64,000 nucleotides of DNA from an uncultured Chloroflexia bacterium (GTDB lineage: Bacteria > Chloroflexota > Limnocylindria > Limnocylindrales > CSP1-4), in contig CAWGEL010000031.1 of NCBI GenBank assembly GCA_963821595.1, forward strand, positions 38,656-102,655, read 5' to 3'. The notes below the pieces were generated by a model. It searched no databases, was not told the origin of the DNA, and worked only from the letters and a program-made list of their open reading frames with translations. Both the position numbers and the translations under genes were made by a program. This document shows, in pieces, positions 20,297 to 29,170 of the stretch (positions are counted from its first letter, which is position 1; every line of letters begins with the position of its first letter).

Positions 20297-20898
20297 GGGC
20301 CGGAAGGTGCCGGGGAGGCGCCGCCATTCCCGGCCGCGGCCGGGTACGTGGGGGTGGGCAGGATGCCCACCTTGTCGAGCGGCCAGTAGCGCAGCCAGGC
20401 TCGACCGATGACGCTCGACCTCGGGATCGGCCCGAACACGCGCGAATCCGCCGACTCCGCCCGGTGATCACCCATCACGAAGAGGTCGCCGGCCGGGACC
20501 ACCCAGCGCGGCGGGTCGGCCGTGGTGACGGTGGGCGCGCCGTCGTACACGTACGGCTCGACCAGTCTCGTTCCGTTCACCCACACCGACCCGTCGTGGA
20601 TCTCGACGGTGTCGCCAGGCAGGCCGATGACGCGCTTGATGTACGGCGTGCTGGGCGCGCCGTTGAGCCAGGCGGGGGGCGGGTCGAAGACGACGATGTC
20701 GCCGCGGCTGTAGTCGTCGAAATGCGGTGTCAGCTTGTCGACCAGCACGTACTGATCCGGCTCCAGCGTGTGCTGCATCGACTGCTGTTCGACGCGGTAG
20801 GGCTGGGCCACGAACGTCTGGATGACGAGGAAGATGACGAGCGTCAGGACGAGCGTCTCGACGATCTCGAAGAGGCAGCCGAGGGGGCGTCTGGTCAC
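20293..20898 (-). CDS. lepB: signal peptidase I
   Basis: A TM helix LFEIVETLVLTLVIFLVIQTFV is followed by VEQQSMQHTL (catalytic Ser box), GDIVVF, YIKRVIGLPGDTVE (Lys box) and VMGDHRAESADSR. Start taken as GTG 20898 (the ORF extends to 21033). Confidence 0.85.
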   Translation of the reverse strand: MTRRPLGCLFEIVETLVLTLVIFLVIQTFVAQPYRVEQQSMQHTLEPDQYVLVDKLTPHFDDYSRGDIVVFDPPPAWLNGAPSTPYIKRVIGLPGDTVEIHDGSVWVNGTRLVEPYVYDGAPTVTTADPPRWVVPAGDLFVMGDHRAESADSRVFGPIPRSSVIGRAWLRYWPLDKVGILPTPTYPAAAGNGGASPAPSGP

Positions 20899-21074
20899 AA
20901 GACCGGCAGTATAGGGACTCGCCGCCTTCGGAACCGCTGTGCCGGACGCCGGTCGCGGATCAGTCGCGAGCCCCTCGGCGCGGTCCGGGCGGCCCGTTCC
21001 AGCCCTTCGCCCGGCCGGCGGGCCCCCGTCCAATGGCGTGGTCGGCGCTGCATACGGACAAGGGTTTTCACCGT

Positions 21075-21104
21075 TTGACCCTCGCGGCAGGCTGTTGATA
21101 CACT
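21075..21104 (+). promoter_or_regulatory. candidate sigma70-type promoter for hppA
   Basis: TTGACC (21075-21080), 18 nt, then TACACT (21099-21104), in the locally less GC-rich divergent lepB/hppA intergenic region. Confidence 0.35.
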
Positions 21105-21243
21105 CGCCGACGGCCTGTACGCGCGCAGTCGTCCCGCCCCGAAGAAGGGGCGACCGAGTCCAGGCATTGATCCCTCGTTCCCAATGCGCATCCCTGCGCT
21201 CGAGTGGACGACCGCGCTGCTACAGGAGGTCCCGCGCCCAACG

Positions 21244-23442
21244 ATGGATGCCAGTGCGCTCCAGCTGATCATCCTGCCTTCGGGATTGATCGCCGTCCTC
21301 TTCGCCCTGTACCTCGCCCGCGACGTGCTCTCGCGCGACACGGGCACCAAGGCCATGCAGGACGTGGCCGCCACGATCTACGAGGGCGCGGTCGCGTTCA
21401 TCAAGCGCCAGTACACGACGATCGGCGTCCTCGCCCTCGTCGGTTCCGTCGTGATCTTCATCCTCATCACGCTCGTGGAGACCGCCTCCGTCGCCGACAC
21501 CTCGCACAACGGCGTCGACCTGGGCCTGCGCACCGGCTTCGCGTTCCTCCTCGGGGCGGCCTTCTCCATGGCCTGCGGCATCATCGGCATGCTCGTGAGC
21601 GTCCGGGCGAACGTCCGCGTCGCGTCCGCCGCCAGGCGCAGCCTCGTCGAGGCGGTCCAGGTTGCCATGCGCGGCGGCGCGGTCTCGGGCTTCCTCGTCG
21701 TCGCCCTTTCGCTGCTCGGCGTGTGGTCGATCTTCGCGATCAACGGGGGCCTCGGCGGCGGCCAGAACACCCACGACGCACCGTTCCTCATCGTCGGCTA
21801 TGGCTTCGGGGCGAGCTTCGTCGCCCTCTTCGCCCAGCTCGGCGGCGGCATCTACACCAAGGCCGCCGACGTGGGCTCCGACCTGGTCGGCAAGGTTGAG
21901 GCGGGCATCCCCGAGGATGACCCGCGCAACGCGGGCGTCATCGCCGACCTCGTCGGCGACAACGTCGGCGACTGCGCCGGCCGCGGCGCCGACCTCTTCG
22001 AGTCGACGGCGGCCGAGAACATCGGGGCCATGATCCTGGGCGGCGGCGTCTACCTGCTTGCCCAGAAGGCTGGCTGGCCCAACCCCGAGGCCTGGATCTT
22101 CTTCCCGCTCGTCGTCCGCGCCTTCGGCCTCCTCTCGACGATCGTCGCGATGTTCTTCATCCGCGGCAGCGAGACCGAGAACCCGATGAACATCCTCAAC
22201 CGCGGCTACTGGGTCACCACGATCCTGTCCGCGATCTCGCTCGCCTTCGTCACCAACGTGATGATGCAGACGGCCGGCGGCGTCACCGGCGACAACGGCA
22301 TCCCGACCTGGGTCTACTTCTTCGGCGCCGGCGTCGTCGGCCTGGCCACCAGCATCGCCTTCGTCTACATCACGCAGTACTACACGGCGGGCTCGTTCCG
22401 ACCGGTCAGAGAGATCGCCGAGGCGTCCAAGACGGGCCCGGCGACGAACATCATCAGTGGCGTCGCCGTGGGCTTCGAGACAACGGCCGTCACCGCGATC
22501 ACGATCGGGATCGCGCTCCTCGCCAGCAACTGGCTGGGCGCCCACTCCGGCCTGGGCAGCGTGGGTGGCGTCTTCGGCACGGCCGTCGCCACCATGGGCA
22601 TGCTGATGACGACCGCCTACGTGCTGGCGATGGACACGTTCGGGCCCATCACCGACAACGCCGGCGGCATCGCCGAGTTCAGCCGCGCCGAGGCCGGCGC
22701 ACGCGAGATCACCGACCGGCTCGACGCGGTCGGCAACACGACCAAGGCGCTCACCAAGGGCTACGCGATCGCCTCGGCGTCGCTGGCGGCGTTCCTGCTG
22801 TTCAGCGCCTACATCGACAAGGTCAACCTGATCCTGGGCAACCGCAACGAGCCGCTCATGACCTCGGTCAACCTCGCCGACGTGAACGTCTTCGTGGCCG
22901 CGCTGATCGCGGCCATGCTCGTCTACTTCTTCAGCTCACTGGCGATCCGGGCCGTCGGCACGACCGCGCAGGCGATCATCGTCGAGGTCCGCCGCCAGTT
23001 CCGGGAGATCCCCGGGATCATGGACTACACCGGCCGCCCGGATTACGCCCGGGTCGTCGACATCACGACCCGCGCGGCCCTCCGCGAGATGATGCTGCCC
23101 GGCATCGTGGCCGTCGCGACGCCGGTCATCGTCGGACTGCTGCTCGGCTACCAGGCGGTCGCGGGACTGCTCATGGTCGGCACGATCGCCGGAGTCCTGC
23201 TCGCCACCGTCCTCAACAACGGCGGCGGGGCCTGGGACAACGCCAAGAAGTACATCGAGTCGGGCCACCTGCTCGACGACAAGGGCAACGTCCTCGGCAA
23301 GAAGACCGACGCCCACGCCGCGGCCGTCGTCGGCGACACGGTCGGCGATCCCTTCAAGGACACGGCCGGACCGTCGCTCCACGTCCTGGTCAAGCTGCTG
23401 GCGACGATCACGCTGGTCCTTGCCCCGCTGTTCATCCGCTGA
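21244..23442 (+). CDS. hppA: membrane-bound proton-translocating pyrophosphatase
   Basis: An AGGAGG RBS precedes ATG 21244. The product is 732 aa and polytopic, with GGGIYTKAADVGSDLVGKVE, DNVGDCAGRGADLFES, GGGAWDNAKKYIE and VGDTVGDPFKDTAGPS motifs. Confidence 0.95.
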   Translation: MDASALQLIILPSGLIAVLFALYLARDVLSRDTGTKAMQDVAATIYEGAVAFIKRQYTTIGVLALVGSVVIFILITLVETASVADTSHNGVDLGLRTGFAFLLGAAFSMACGIIGMLVSVRANVRVASAARRSLVEAVQVAMRGGAVSGFLVVALSLLGVWSIFAINGGLGGGQNTHDAPFLIVGYGFGASFVALFAQLGGGIYTKAADVGSDLVGKVEAGIPEDDPRNAGVIADLVGDNVGDCAGRGADLFESTAAENIGAMILGGGVYLLAQKAGWPNPEAWIFFPLVVRAFGLLSTIVAMFFIRGSETENPMNILNRGYWVTTILSAISLAFVTNVMMQTAGGVTGDNGIPTWVYFFGAGVVGLATSIAFVYITQYYTAGSFRPVREIAEASKTGPATNIISGVAVGFETTAVTAITIGIALLASNWLGAHSGLGSVGGVFGTAVATMGMLMTTAYVLAMDTFGPITDNAGGIAEFSRAEAGAREITDRLDAVGNTTKALTKGYAIASASLAAFLLFSAYIDKVNLILGNRNEPLMTSVNLADVNVFVAALIAAMLVYFFSSLAIRAVGTTAQAIIVEVRRQFREIPGIMDYTGRPDYARVVDITTRAALREMMLPGIVAVATPVIVGLLLGYQAVAGLLMVGTIAGVLLATVLNNGGGAWDNAKKYIESGHLLDDKGNVLGKKTDAHAAAVVGDTVGDPFKDTAGPSLHVLVKLLATITLVLAPLFIR

Positions 23443-23540
23443 GGGCTCGCGGGGGCCGGCGGCGCAACCGCTCGGTCCCCGTCGTGACCGCTGAGCGTCC
23501 CCCCGCCTGACGAGGCCCGCGGGCCGGAAAGGAGCCGAAG

Positions 23541-23591
23541 ATGGCGGGCCGTCCTTCGTCGGGGCAGCCCGTCTCACGACCATGGACCTGA
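23541..23591 (+). other. possible 16-codon upstream ORF overlapping the uppP start
   Basis: AAGGAG (23529-23534) lies 6 nt before ATG 23541. The ORF encodes MAGRPSSGQPVSRPWT and its TGA ends at 23591, 10 nt inside uppP. uppP itself has no visible RBS. Confidence 0.3.
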
Positions 23592-24409
23592 TCTTCCAGG
23601 CGATCGTGCTGGGGATCGTGCAGGGACTGACCGAGTTCCTGCCGGTCTCGAGCAGCGGCCACCTCCTGCTCGTGCCCCAGCTGCTCGGCTGGAAGGACCC
23701 GTTCATCGACTCGCTGCTGTTCGCGGTGATGCTGCACGTCGGGACGCTCGTGGCCCTGCTGGCCTACTTCTGGCGCGACTGGCTGCGCCTCATTCCCGCG
23801 GGCCTGGCCGCCATCCGCGACCGCTCGCTGGCCGGCGACCCCGATCGAAAGCTCGCCTGGCTGATCGTGGTGACGATCATCCCCGGCGGCATCCTGGGGG
23901 CGCTCGGGAACGACTTCTTCTCGACCAACGTCCGCCAGCCAGGGCTCGTCGCCGTCCTCTTCGTGGTCGGTGCGGCGATCATCTGGACCGCTGATCGGTG
24001 GGGCAGCCAGCGACGGAGCATGAAGGACCTCGGCTTCGGCGGCGCCTTCGGCATCGGCGTGGCCCAGGCGATCGCCCTGCTGCCGGGCATCAGCCGATCC
24101 GGGATCAGCATCTCGGCCGGTCTGTTTGCGGGACTCGATCGGGAGTCGGCCACGCGGTTCAGCTTCCTGATGTCGGCGCCGATCATCGCCGGCGCGGCGC
24201 TGTGGGAGGGCCGCAAGCTCTTCACCGGCGATGCCGGCATTCAGCCGGACGCCTCGCTCCTGGTCGCCGGCATCGCGGCGGCGTTCGTCGCCGGCATGCT
24301 CGCGATCTCGCTGCTGCTGGGTTACGTTCGGCGGAACTCGCTGACGATCTTCGTCGTCTACCGCATCCTGGCCGCGGGCGTGGTCGTGGCCTGGCTCCTG
24401 GCCGTCTAG
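23582..24409 (+). CDS. uppP: undecaprenyl-diphosphate phosphatase
   Basis: Contains MDLIFQAIVLGIVQGLTEFLPVSSSGHLLL and PGISRSGISI, the BacA/UppP signature motifs. Confidence 0.9.
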   Translation: MDLIFQAIVLGIVQGLTEFLPVSSSGHLLLVPQLLGWKDPFIDSLLFAVMLHVGTLVALLAYFWRDWLRLIPAGLAAIRDRSLAGDPDRKLAWLIVVTIIPGGILGALGNDFFSTNVRQPGLVAVLFVVGAAIIWTADRWGSQRRSMKDLGFGGAFGIGVAQAIALLPGISRSGISISAGLFAGLDRESATRFSFLMSAPIIAGAALWEGRKLFTGDAGIQPDASLLVAGIAAAFVAGMLAISLLLGYVRRNSLTIFVVYRILAAGVVVAWLLAV

Positions 24410-24476
24410 GCGGCCGCGGAACGCACGACCCGGACCGACGGCAGACGGCAGCGGGCCAGGGACGAAGGGTCGGCAC

Positions 24477-24944
24477 ATGGAGGTCATGAAGCAGCTCCGC
24501 CAGCGGGCGATCCGCGACGTGGTGGAGCGCCGCTCGATCCGCACCCAGCGGGAGCTGGCCGCCGCCCTCCAGGAGCGCGGCTACCGGACCACGCAGGCCA
24601 CGATCAGTCGCGACATCGCGGATCTCCAGCTCGTCAAGGTGGGTCGCGACGGCGTCTCCGTCTACGCGCTGCCGGAGCGCCTCGCCGACGCCGACCCGAC
24701 CGGCGAGGAGCGACTGCGGCGGCTGTTCCGGGACGTTCCCGTGGAGGTCCGGGAGGCCGGCCAGATCCTCGTCCTGGTGACCCTGCCGGGGTCCGCGCAC
24801 GCCATCGCCGCGGCCCTGGACCGGGCCCGCTGGCCGGAGGCCGTGGGCACGATCGCCGGCGACGACACGTGCTTCGTCGCGTGCCCGGACCGCGGATCGC
24901 TGGCCCGCCTGCGGCGCCGGCTGGAGCGCCTGGCCGAGGGGTAG
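24477..24944 (+). CDS. argR: arginine repressor
   Basis: RQRAIRDVVERRSIRTQRELAAALQERGYRTTQATISRDIADLQLVKV forms the winged-helix domain. The C-terminal part ...TLPGSAHAIAAALD...GTIAGDDT matches ArgR. Confidence 0.85.
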   Translation: MEVMKQLRQRAIRDVVERRSIRTQRELAAALQERGYRTTQATISRDIADLQLVKVGRDGVSVYALPERLADADPTGEERLRRLFRDVPVEVREAGQILVLVTLPGSAHAIAAALDRARWPEAVGTIAGDDTCFVACPDRGSLARLRRRLERLAEG

Positions 24945-25036
24945 GAGAGGGCCGGGCTGGCCGTCACGACGTCCGGGCGGCGACTACCATGGCATGAGAC
25001 GCCGCCCGCCGGCGGCCAGGATTGGGGGTTGCCGCG

Positions 25037-25288
25037 ATGCCGAATGTCGGACCGGTCGAGCTGGTGATCGCCGTCGGGATGTGGGTCTTCATCTTCGCCA
25101 TCCCCGTCACGCTGTTCTTCCTGGTCGTTCGCGCGGCCGTTCGCTCAGTCTTCGGCCGGGAGCGGCGCCTCGAGGCGGACCTCGGTGCCCAGGTCGTCCG
25201 CGAACGCTTCGCCCGCGGCGAGATCTCTCGCGAGGATGCCGAGGCAGGCATGCGGGCGCTCGGGCGGGACCTTCGCGGGCCGGCGTGA
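25037..25288 (+). CDS. small membrane protein with a SHOCT-like C-terminus
   Basis: MPNVGPVELVIAVGMWVFIFAIPVTLFFLVV is a TM helix, followed by VRERFARGEISREDAEAGMRAL, which is SHOCT-like. Confidence 0.6.
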   Translation: MPNVGPVELVIAVGMWVFIFAIPVTLFFLVVRAAVRSVFGRERRLEADLGAQVVRERFARGEISREDAEAGMRALGRDLRGPA

Positions 25289-25358
25289 CCGGACGCGGCG
25301 GGCCGGTGCCGGCGAGCGCCGCGAGGCGAGTGCCCGCGAGCGCCGCCGGGCGAGCCCG

Positions 25359-25742
25359 ATGGGCGCGGTGACGCGCAGCCACCGGACGCTCCACATGCTG
25401 CCCGTCGAGCGGTGGACGGCGTGGCGCGACGGTCCACGCGATGCGTCGTACGAGCCGGAGGGCTTCGCCCGCGACGGGTTCGTCCACTGCACGGATGCCC
25501 CGGACGACCTCGTGGCCGTGGCCAACATCCACTACGCGGCGGACCCCCGGCCGTACGTCGTCCTTGAGCTGGAACTCGAGATGGCCGGCGCCCCATGGCG
25601 CTACGACGATGCGCAGCGGCGCTTCCCCCACGTGTACGGGGCGCTGTCCGCAGCGTGCGTCGTCGGGGTCGGGCCGTTCCACCGCGAGGCCGACGGCCGC
25701 TTCGCCGCGATCGGCCCGATGGAGCCGGTCACGCTCGGCTGA
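25359..25742 (+). CDS. DUF952 domain protein
   Basis: GFARDGFVHCTDAPDDLVAVANIHY...VVLELE...RRFPHVYGAL matches the DUF952 pattern (from memory). The start is uncertain (25359 or 25395). Confidence 0.6.
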   Translation: MGAVTRSHRTLHMLPVERWTAWRDGPRDASYEPEGFARDGFVHCTDAPDDLVAVANIHYAADPRPYVVLELELEMAGAPWRYDDAQRRFPHVYGALSAACVVGVGPFHREADGRFAAIGPMEPVTLG

Positions 25743-25888
25743 GAGCGGCACGACGCGCTGGCAGGTCAGGGCGGCGAGCTAGCCTTCCGAGTGAGTGAGA
25801 ACCCGCCGACGTGATCCCGGCGTGGAACCTCCAACCTCGGGAGCCGCGCCAGGCCCCGGGTCCACGACCTTGTGCTCGACGCGCCGGC

Positions 25889-26551
25889 TCAGGGCTGCAG
25901 GAACTGGTTGGCGGCTGGCGCCGCGAGCGCACCGAGGGCAACTGCAAGGGCGGTCACGAGCGCGATCGCCCAGGCGAACTCCCTCGCGCGACGCGGCGGC
26001 TCGCTGCTGCCGTCGACCTCGAACTCGTCCCATGTCACCGGCTGCGGCGGGGGCCACGATCGCCGGGCGAGCGACCCGAGCTTGGTGCCGAGGAAGCACG
26101 CGAGGAGGCTGCCGGCGAGCACCAGCATGTCGCCACCGGGCGATCGGTCCCGCGAGAGGAGTTGGTGGTACTGACCATCGAAGCCGCCGAGGCGAAGGCT
26201 CGCCATGGCCAGCATCAGGACGACCAGGGAGGCGAGGCCGAGGAGGTAGACGCTGCGCGCCGTTGCGAGCGACACCCAGCCGCGCCCGTCGGTCCGAACG
26301 CCCATCACCAGGAGGGCGAGGCCAGCCGCGACCAGGAGACAGCCGGGGCCGAGCTCCACGGCGCTGACGCTGCGAAGAGCGAGCAGGCCGGGAAGACTCT
26401 CGTACGTAGCCCAGGGCACCAGCGCACCGGCGAGGATCATCAGGCCTGCCGCCGCGGCCGCGGCGCCAAGGGTTCGCACCGTGCCGGAGCGCTCCCGCTC
26501 GGCCTGCCGCAACGCGGTGATGCGGCGGTACCCGTGACGCGGCGCCTTCAT
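25889..26551 (-). CDS. hypothetical membrane protein
   Basis: MKAPRHGYRRITALRQAE... is followed by four or more hydrophobic helices (AAAAAGLMILAGALVPW, GCLLVAAGLALLVMGV, VYLLGLASLVVLMLAMA, MLVLAGSLLACFL, AWAIALVTALAVALGAL). Confidence 0.55.
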   Translation of the reverse strand: MKAPRHGYRRITALRQAERERSGTVRTLGAAAAAAGLMILAGALVPWATYESLPGLLALRSVSAVELGPGCLLVAAGLALLVMGVRTDGRGWVSLATARSVYLLGLASLVVLMLAMASLRLGGFDGQYHQLLSRDRSPGGDMLVLAGSLLACFLGTKLGSLARRSWPPPQPVTWDEFEVDGSSEPPRRAREFAWAIALVTALAVALGALAAPAANQFLQP

Positions 26552-26727
26552 CGCGTCGCCCGCCGGCAGCCACGGTACGGGCGCGGAGTCTCCCCGACTC
26601 GCCCCGGGTCGCCCCACCGCATGTCGCGGACCTGCCCCGCCCCCATGCCGACCACTCTGACAGCCGAATCCCTCGGCCGCAAGGGCCGTCACGCGGGGCG
26701 TGCCGAGTTCACGTTCGCCAGCCCGGA

Positions 26728-27354
26728 TTACGTCCCGCGGCTGGCTCGTGCCCGGCGGCGGAGCGTCCACATCACGGTGCCGAGGGACGCAAGGAACGCC
26801 AGCATCCAGACGCCGGCGACTCCGGCCGGGGACGACTGATCAGGGTTGGTGAGGTCTGTCGAGGTCGCCGGGACCCCGGCGACCAGGCGCTGGAGGATCC
26901 TGACCAGGGCGGTCGCGCTTGCCGGGACGCGGGTCACGTCCTGGTTCGAGACCTGCTCCACGCGGTCACCCGGGCCGACGCGCCAGGCGACCGATCGTTC
27001 GGCGACGAGCGTGTCGGGGTACGGGAAGATCGCGATGATCCGATCGCCCGGTCGGAGGCCCAGCCAGCACTCGTCGGATGGGACGGTGAGCACTCCGACG
27101 CGAAGGTCGAGGCCCTGATCGGCGACTGCGGGCCGAATGACCTGTTTGACCGCGAACTGGTCCACGGCCGGCGTGTCGCCCTGTCGAAGCGCGATGACAT
27201 CGGCGACCAGGATGAGCCCCGGTGACGCCACGACCTGGGCGAGCGTTCCGTGCGTGATGGCTGCGCAGGAGGCCGCGGCGGCCGAGGACGAGGGCACGAC
27301 CTGGAGCGTCCCAATGAGCAGAGCGATCCCTACGCGGGCTGCGACCTGACGCAC
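26728..27354 (-). CDS. hypothetical secreted protein with a C-terminal membrane anchor
   Basis: Signal-peptide-like MRQVAARVGIALLIGTLQVVPSSSAAAA, and a C-terminal VAGVWMLAFLASLGTVMWTL followed by RRRAR. Confidence 0.5.
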   Translation of the reverse strand: MRQVAARVGIALLIGTLQVVPSSSAAAASCAAITHGTLAQVVASPGLILVADVIALRQGDTPAVDQFAVKQVIRPAVADQGLDLRVGVLTVPSDECWLGLRPGDRIIAIFPYPDTLVAERSVAWRVGPGDRVEQVSNQDVTRVPASATALVRILQRLVAGVPATSTDLTNPDQSSPAGVAGVWMLAFLASLGTVMWTLRRRARASRGT

Positions 27355-27670
27355 GTCTACCCCCTGGTCATCTGGAAGCCTTCACGGGCGGTCAGGGATC
27401 GGACGCCTGGCGTGTCCACCGTGTGCCGACACAGGTGACAGTCCGCGTTGCCGAGCGCCGCTCTCGCGTGGCCGGGTCGCTGGCTCGCAACTGACCGCCC
27501 GCCTGGGGGCGGAAGTGGGGATGCTCGCCTTCAGAATCGCCATTGAGCGCTGGATGGAGGCGGACGATGACGAACCGTTCCCGCTCCATGCCGCAGCGGC
27601 CTTGAGTGACCTGCAGACGCGCGCGGCCGAGCTCGATTCCCGGTCCCGCCCAGCCTGACGTGAGTCCAGC

Positions 27671-27705
27671 GCAAGAAGAAGGGCGGGATCGGCCAGGTCC
27701 CGCCC
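27671..27705 (-). terminator. rho-independent terminator of the HD-domain gene
   Basis: On the minus strand gggcggga-cctggccga-tcccgccc (8-bp GC stem) is followed directly by ttcttcttgc, 30 nt after the stop at 27735. Confidence 0.7.
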
Positions 27706-27734
27706 CTGTCAGCGCGTCGAGCCGGTCTCGTGCG

Positions 27735-28487
27735 TCAAGGACCGGTGGTACGTCTGCGAGACTCGGCAGGCATCGCCACCGAGAAGCCGAGGTCGCGGAG
27801 GCGATCCACGAACCAGCCCACCTGCGCAGCCGTCTTCACCCCGGTACGGTTGTCGGCCCAGTAGAAGGCGACGAAGAGGGGGAGGTCAGCCCCCATCCGC
27901 CTGGCGACTTCGCCGATCCGGGACCACGCCTGGTCGTCGCGGCCAGCCTCGTGCGCCCGCCACGCCCGAAATCCCTCGTCATGAAGCTCGACGAGGCTCA
28001 CGAGTGGGGGGTCGTCGACATGGAGAGCCAGCCACTGCGCGGCGATGAACCCGTGCTCGTTCGGCGGCACCCGGTCCCTCGAGCGGTCGACGGCCTGCTT
28101 CCACGTGTCGTGGACGAGCGCGGCCACGCGCAGCCGCCGTCGGTCCTCGGTGTCGAGGTCGAGCCGGTCGAGGTTCGCAAGCACCTCCGCGACGTGCCAC
28201 TTCACGGCGCCCTCGGGGTGACCGGAGCGAGGCGCGCCCCACAGGACCCCAGCCTGCCAGTCGGGGTCTGCGGCAATGCGCCGCTCGAGGTCCTCCTCGA
28301 GGTCGAAGGGGAGTGTCGGCACGCCCTCATCGTCGGCGTGTTCCGGCGCTGTGGCAAGCACCCACCAACCGCCCTTGACGCACACGGCGCCGGTGTCCGT
28401 GCCGGCCCCGAGCGGGCGCCGGCCCCCCAATCCGTCAGGCCCCGTCTCCCTTCGACGCTCGCTTTGACATTTCCGTCGCTTTGACAC
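27735..28487 (-). CDS. HD-domain-like metal-dependent phosphohydrolase (hypothetical)
   Basis: PRSGHPEGAVKWHVAEVLANL...RVAALVHDTWK gives an H...HD arrangement like the HD domains of nucleotidyltransferase-type enzymes. The true start is probably internal, because the first codons overlap the greA promoter. Confidence 0.5.
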   Translation of the reverse strand: MSKRRKCQSERRRETGPDGLGGRRPLGAGTDTGAVCVKGGWWVLATAPEHADDEGVPTLPFDLEEDLERRIAADPDWQAGVLWGAPRSGHPEGAVKWHVAEVLANLDRLDLDTEDRRRLRVAALVHDTWKQAVDRSRDRVPPNEHGFIAAQWLALHVDDPPLVSLVELHDEGFRAWRAHEAGRDDQAWSRIGEVARRMGADLPLFVAFYWADNRTGVKTAAQVGWFVDRLRDLGFSVAMPAESRRRTTGP

Positions 28488-28509
28488 TCACGGAGAGGGC
28501 CGCTATCAT
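28481..28509 (+). promoter_or_regulatory. near-consensus sigma70-type promoter upstream of greA
   Basis: TTGACA (28481-28486), exactly 17 nt, then TATCAT (28504-28509). A second TTGACA lies at 28464. Confidence 0.55.
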
Positions 28510-28634
28510 CCGCGTCCGGCCGGACTTCGGGCGCGCCCACACGCGGGGCTCGCCGCCCGAGGTTCGTTCCTTTATCGGCCATCCGCAGCGCCTCGCGAGC
28601 GCCCTCCCGCGAGACATCAGGGGGTCCGCCCTCG

Positions 28635-29100
28635 GTGAACAACAAGCCTACGTACCTCTCGCGCGACGGCGAGACTGCCCTCCGCCTGGAGCTCGAGCAG
28701 CTCGTCAACGAGCGCCGGGCCGAGGTTGCCGCCCGCATCCACGATGCCAAGGAGCACGGCGACCTCTCCGAGAACGCCGAGTACGAAGAGGCGAAGAACG
28801 AGCAGGCGTTCGTCGAAGGGCGCATCCAGACGCTCGAGGGCATGCTCAAGACGGCCGTGATCATCGAGAACACCGGCACCGAGCACGTTGCCCTCGGCTC
28901 CGTCGTGCAGGTCGAGAGCGACGACGGCGTGGAGACGTTCACGATCGTCGGATCGGCCGAGGCACGCCCGGCGGAAGGCAGGATCAGCAACGAGTCACCG
29001 GTCGGCCGGGCCCTCCTGGGCCGGAAGGCCGGGGAGAAGGTCGAGCGTCCGCCTGCCCAGCGGCTCGGACCACGGGTACACCATCAAGTCGATCAGCTAG
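28635..29100 (+). CDS. greA: transcription elongation factor GreA; one extra base at about 29046
   Basis: NNKPTYLSRDGETALRLELEQLVNERRAEVAARIHDAKEHGDLSENAEYEEAKNEQAFVEGRI...ISNESPVGRALLGRKAGEKVE is followed in the +1 frame by VRLPSGSDHGYTIKSIS and a stop. Confidence 0.9.
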
Positions 29101-29170
29101 GCTCGCCCCGGAGCGGCCGGGTCGGGCGGCCGGCGCCGCCGGGGCCCGGCGACCGCGGAGGGTGCAGCAG

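Noticed and set aside
27392-27658. Small ORFs between two minus-strand genes: 65 aa on the minus strand (MERERFVIVRLHPALNG...) and about 45 aa on the plus strand (MLAFRIAIERWMEADDDEPFPLHAAAALSDLQTRAAELDSRSRPA)
   Set aside because: They overlap each other, have no recognisable family or convincing RBS, and show mixed codon bias. The region is more simply a terminator plus promoter spacer. I cannot decide without homology search.
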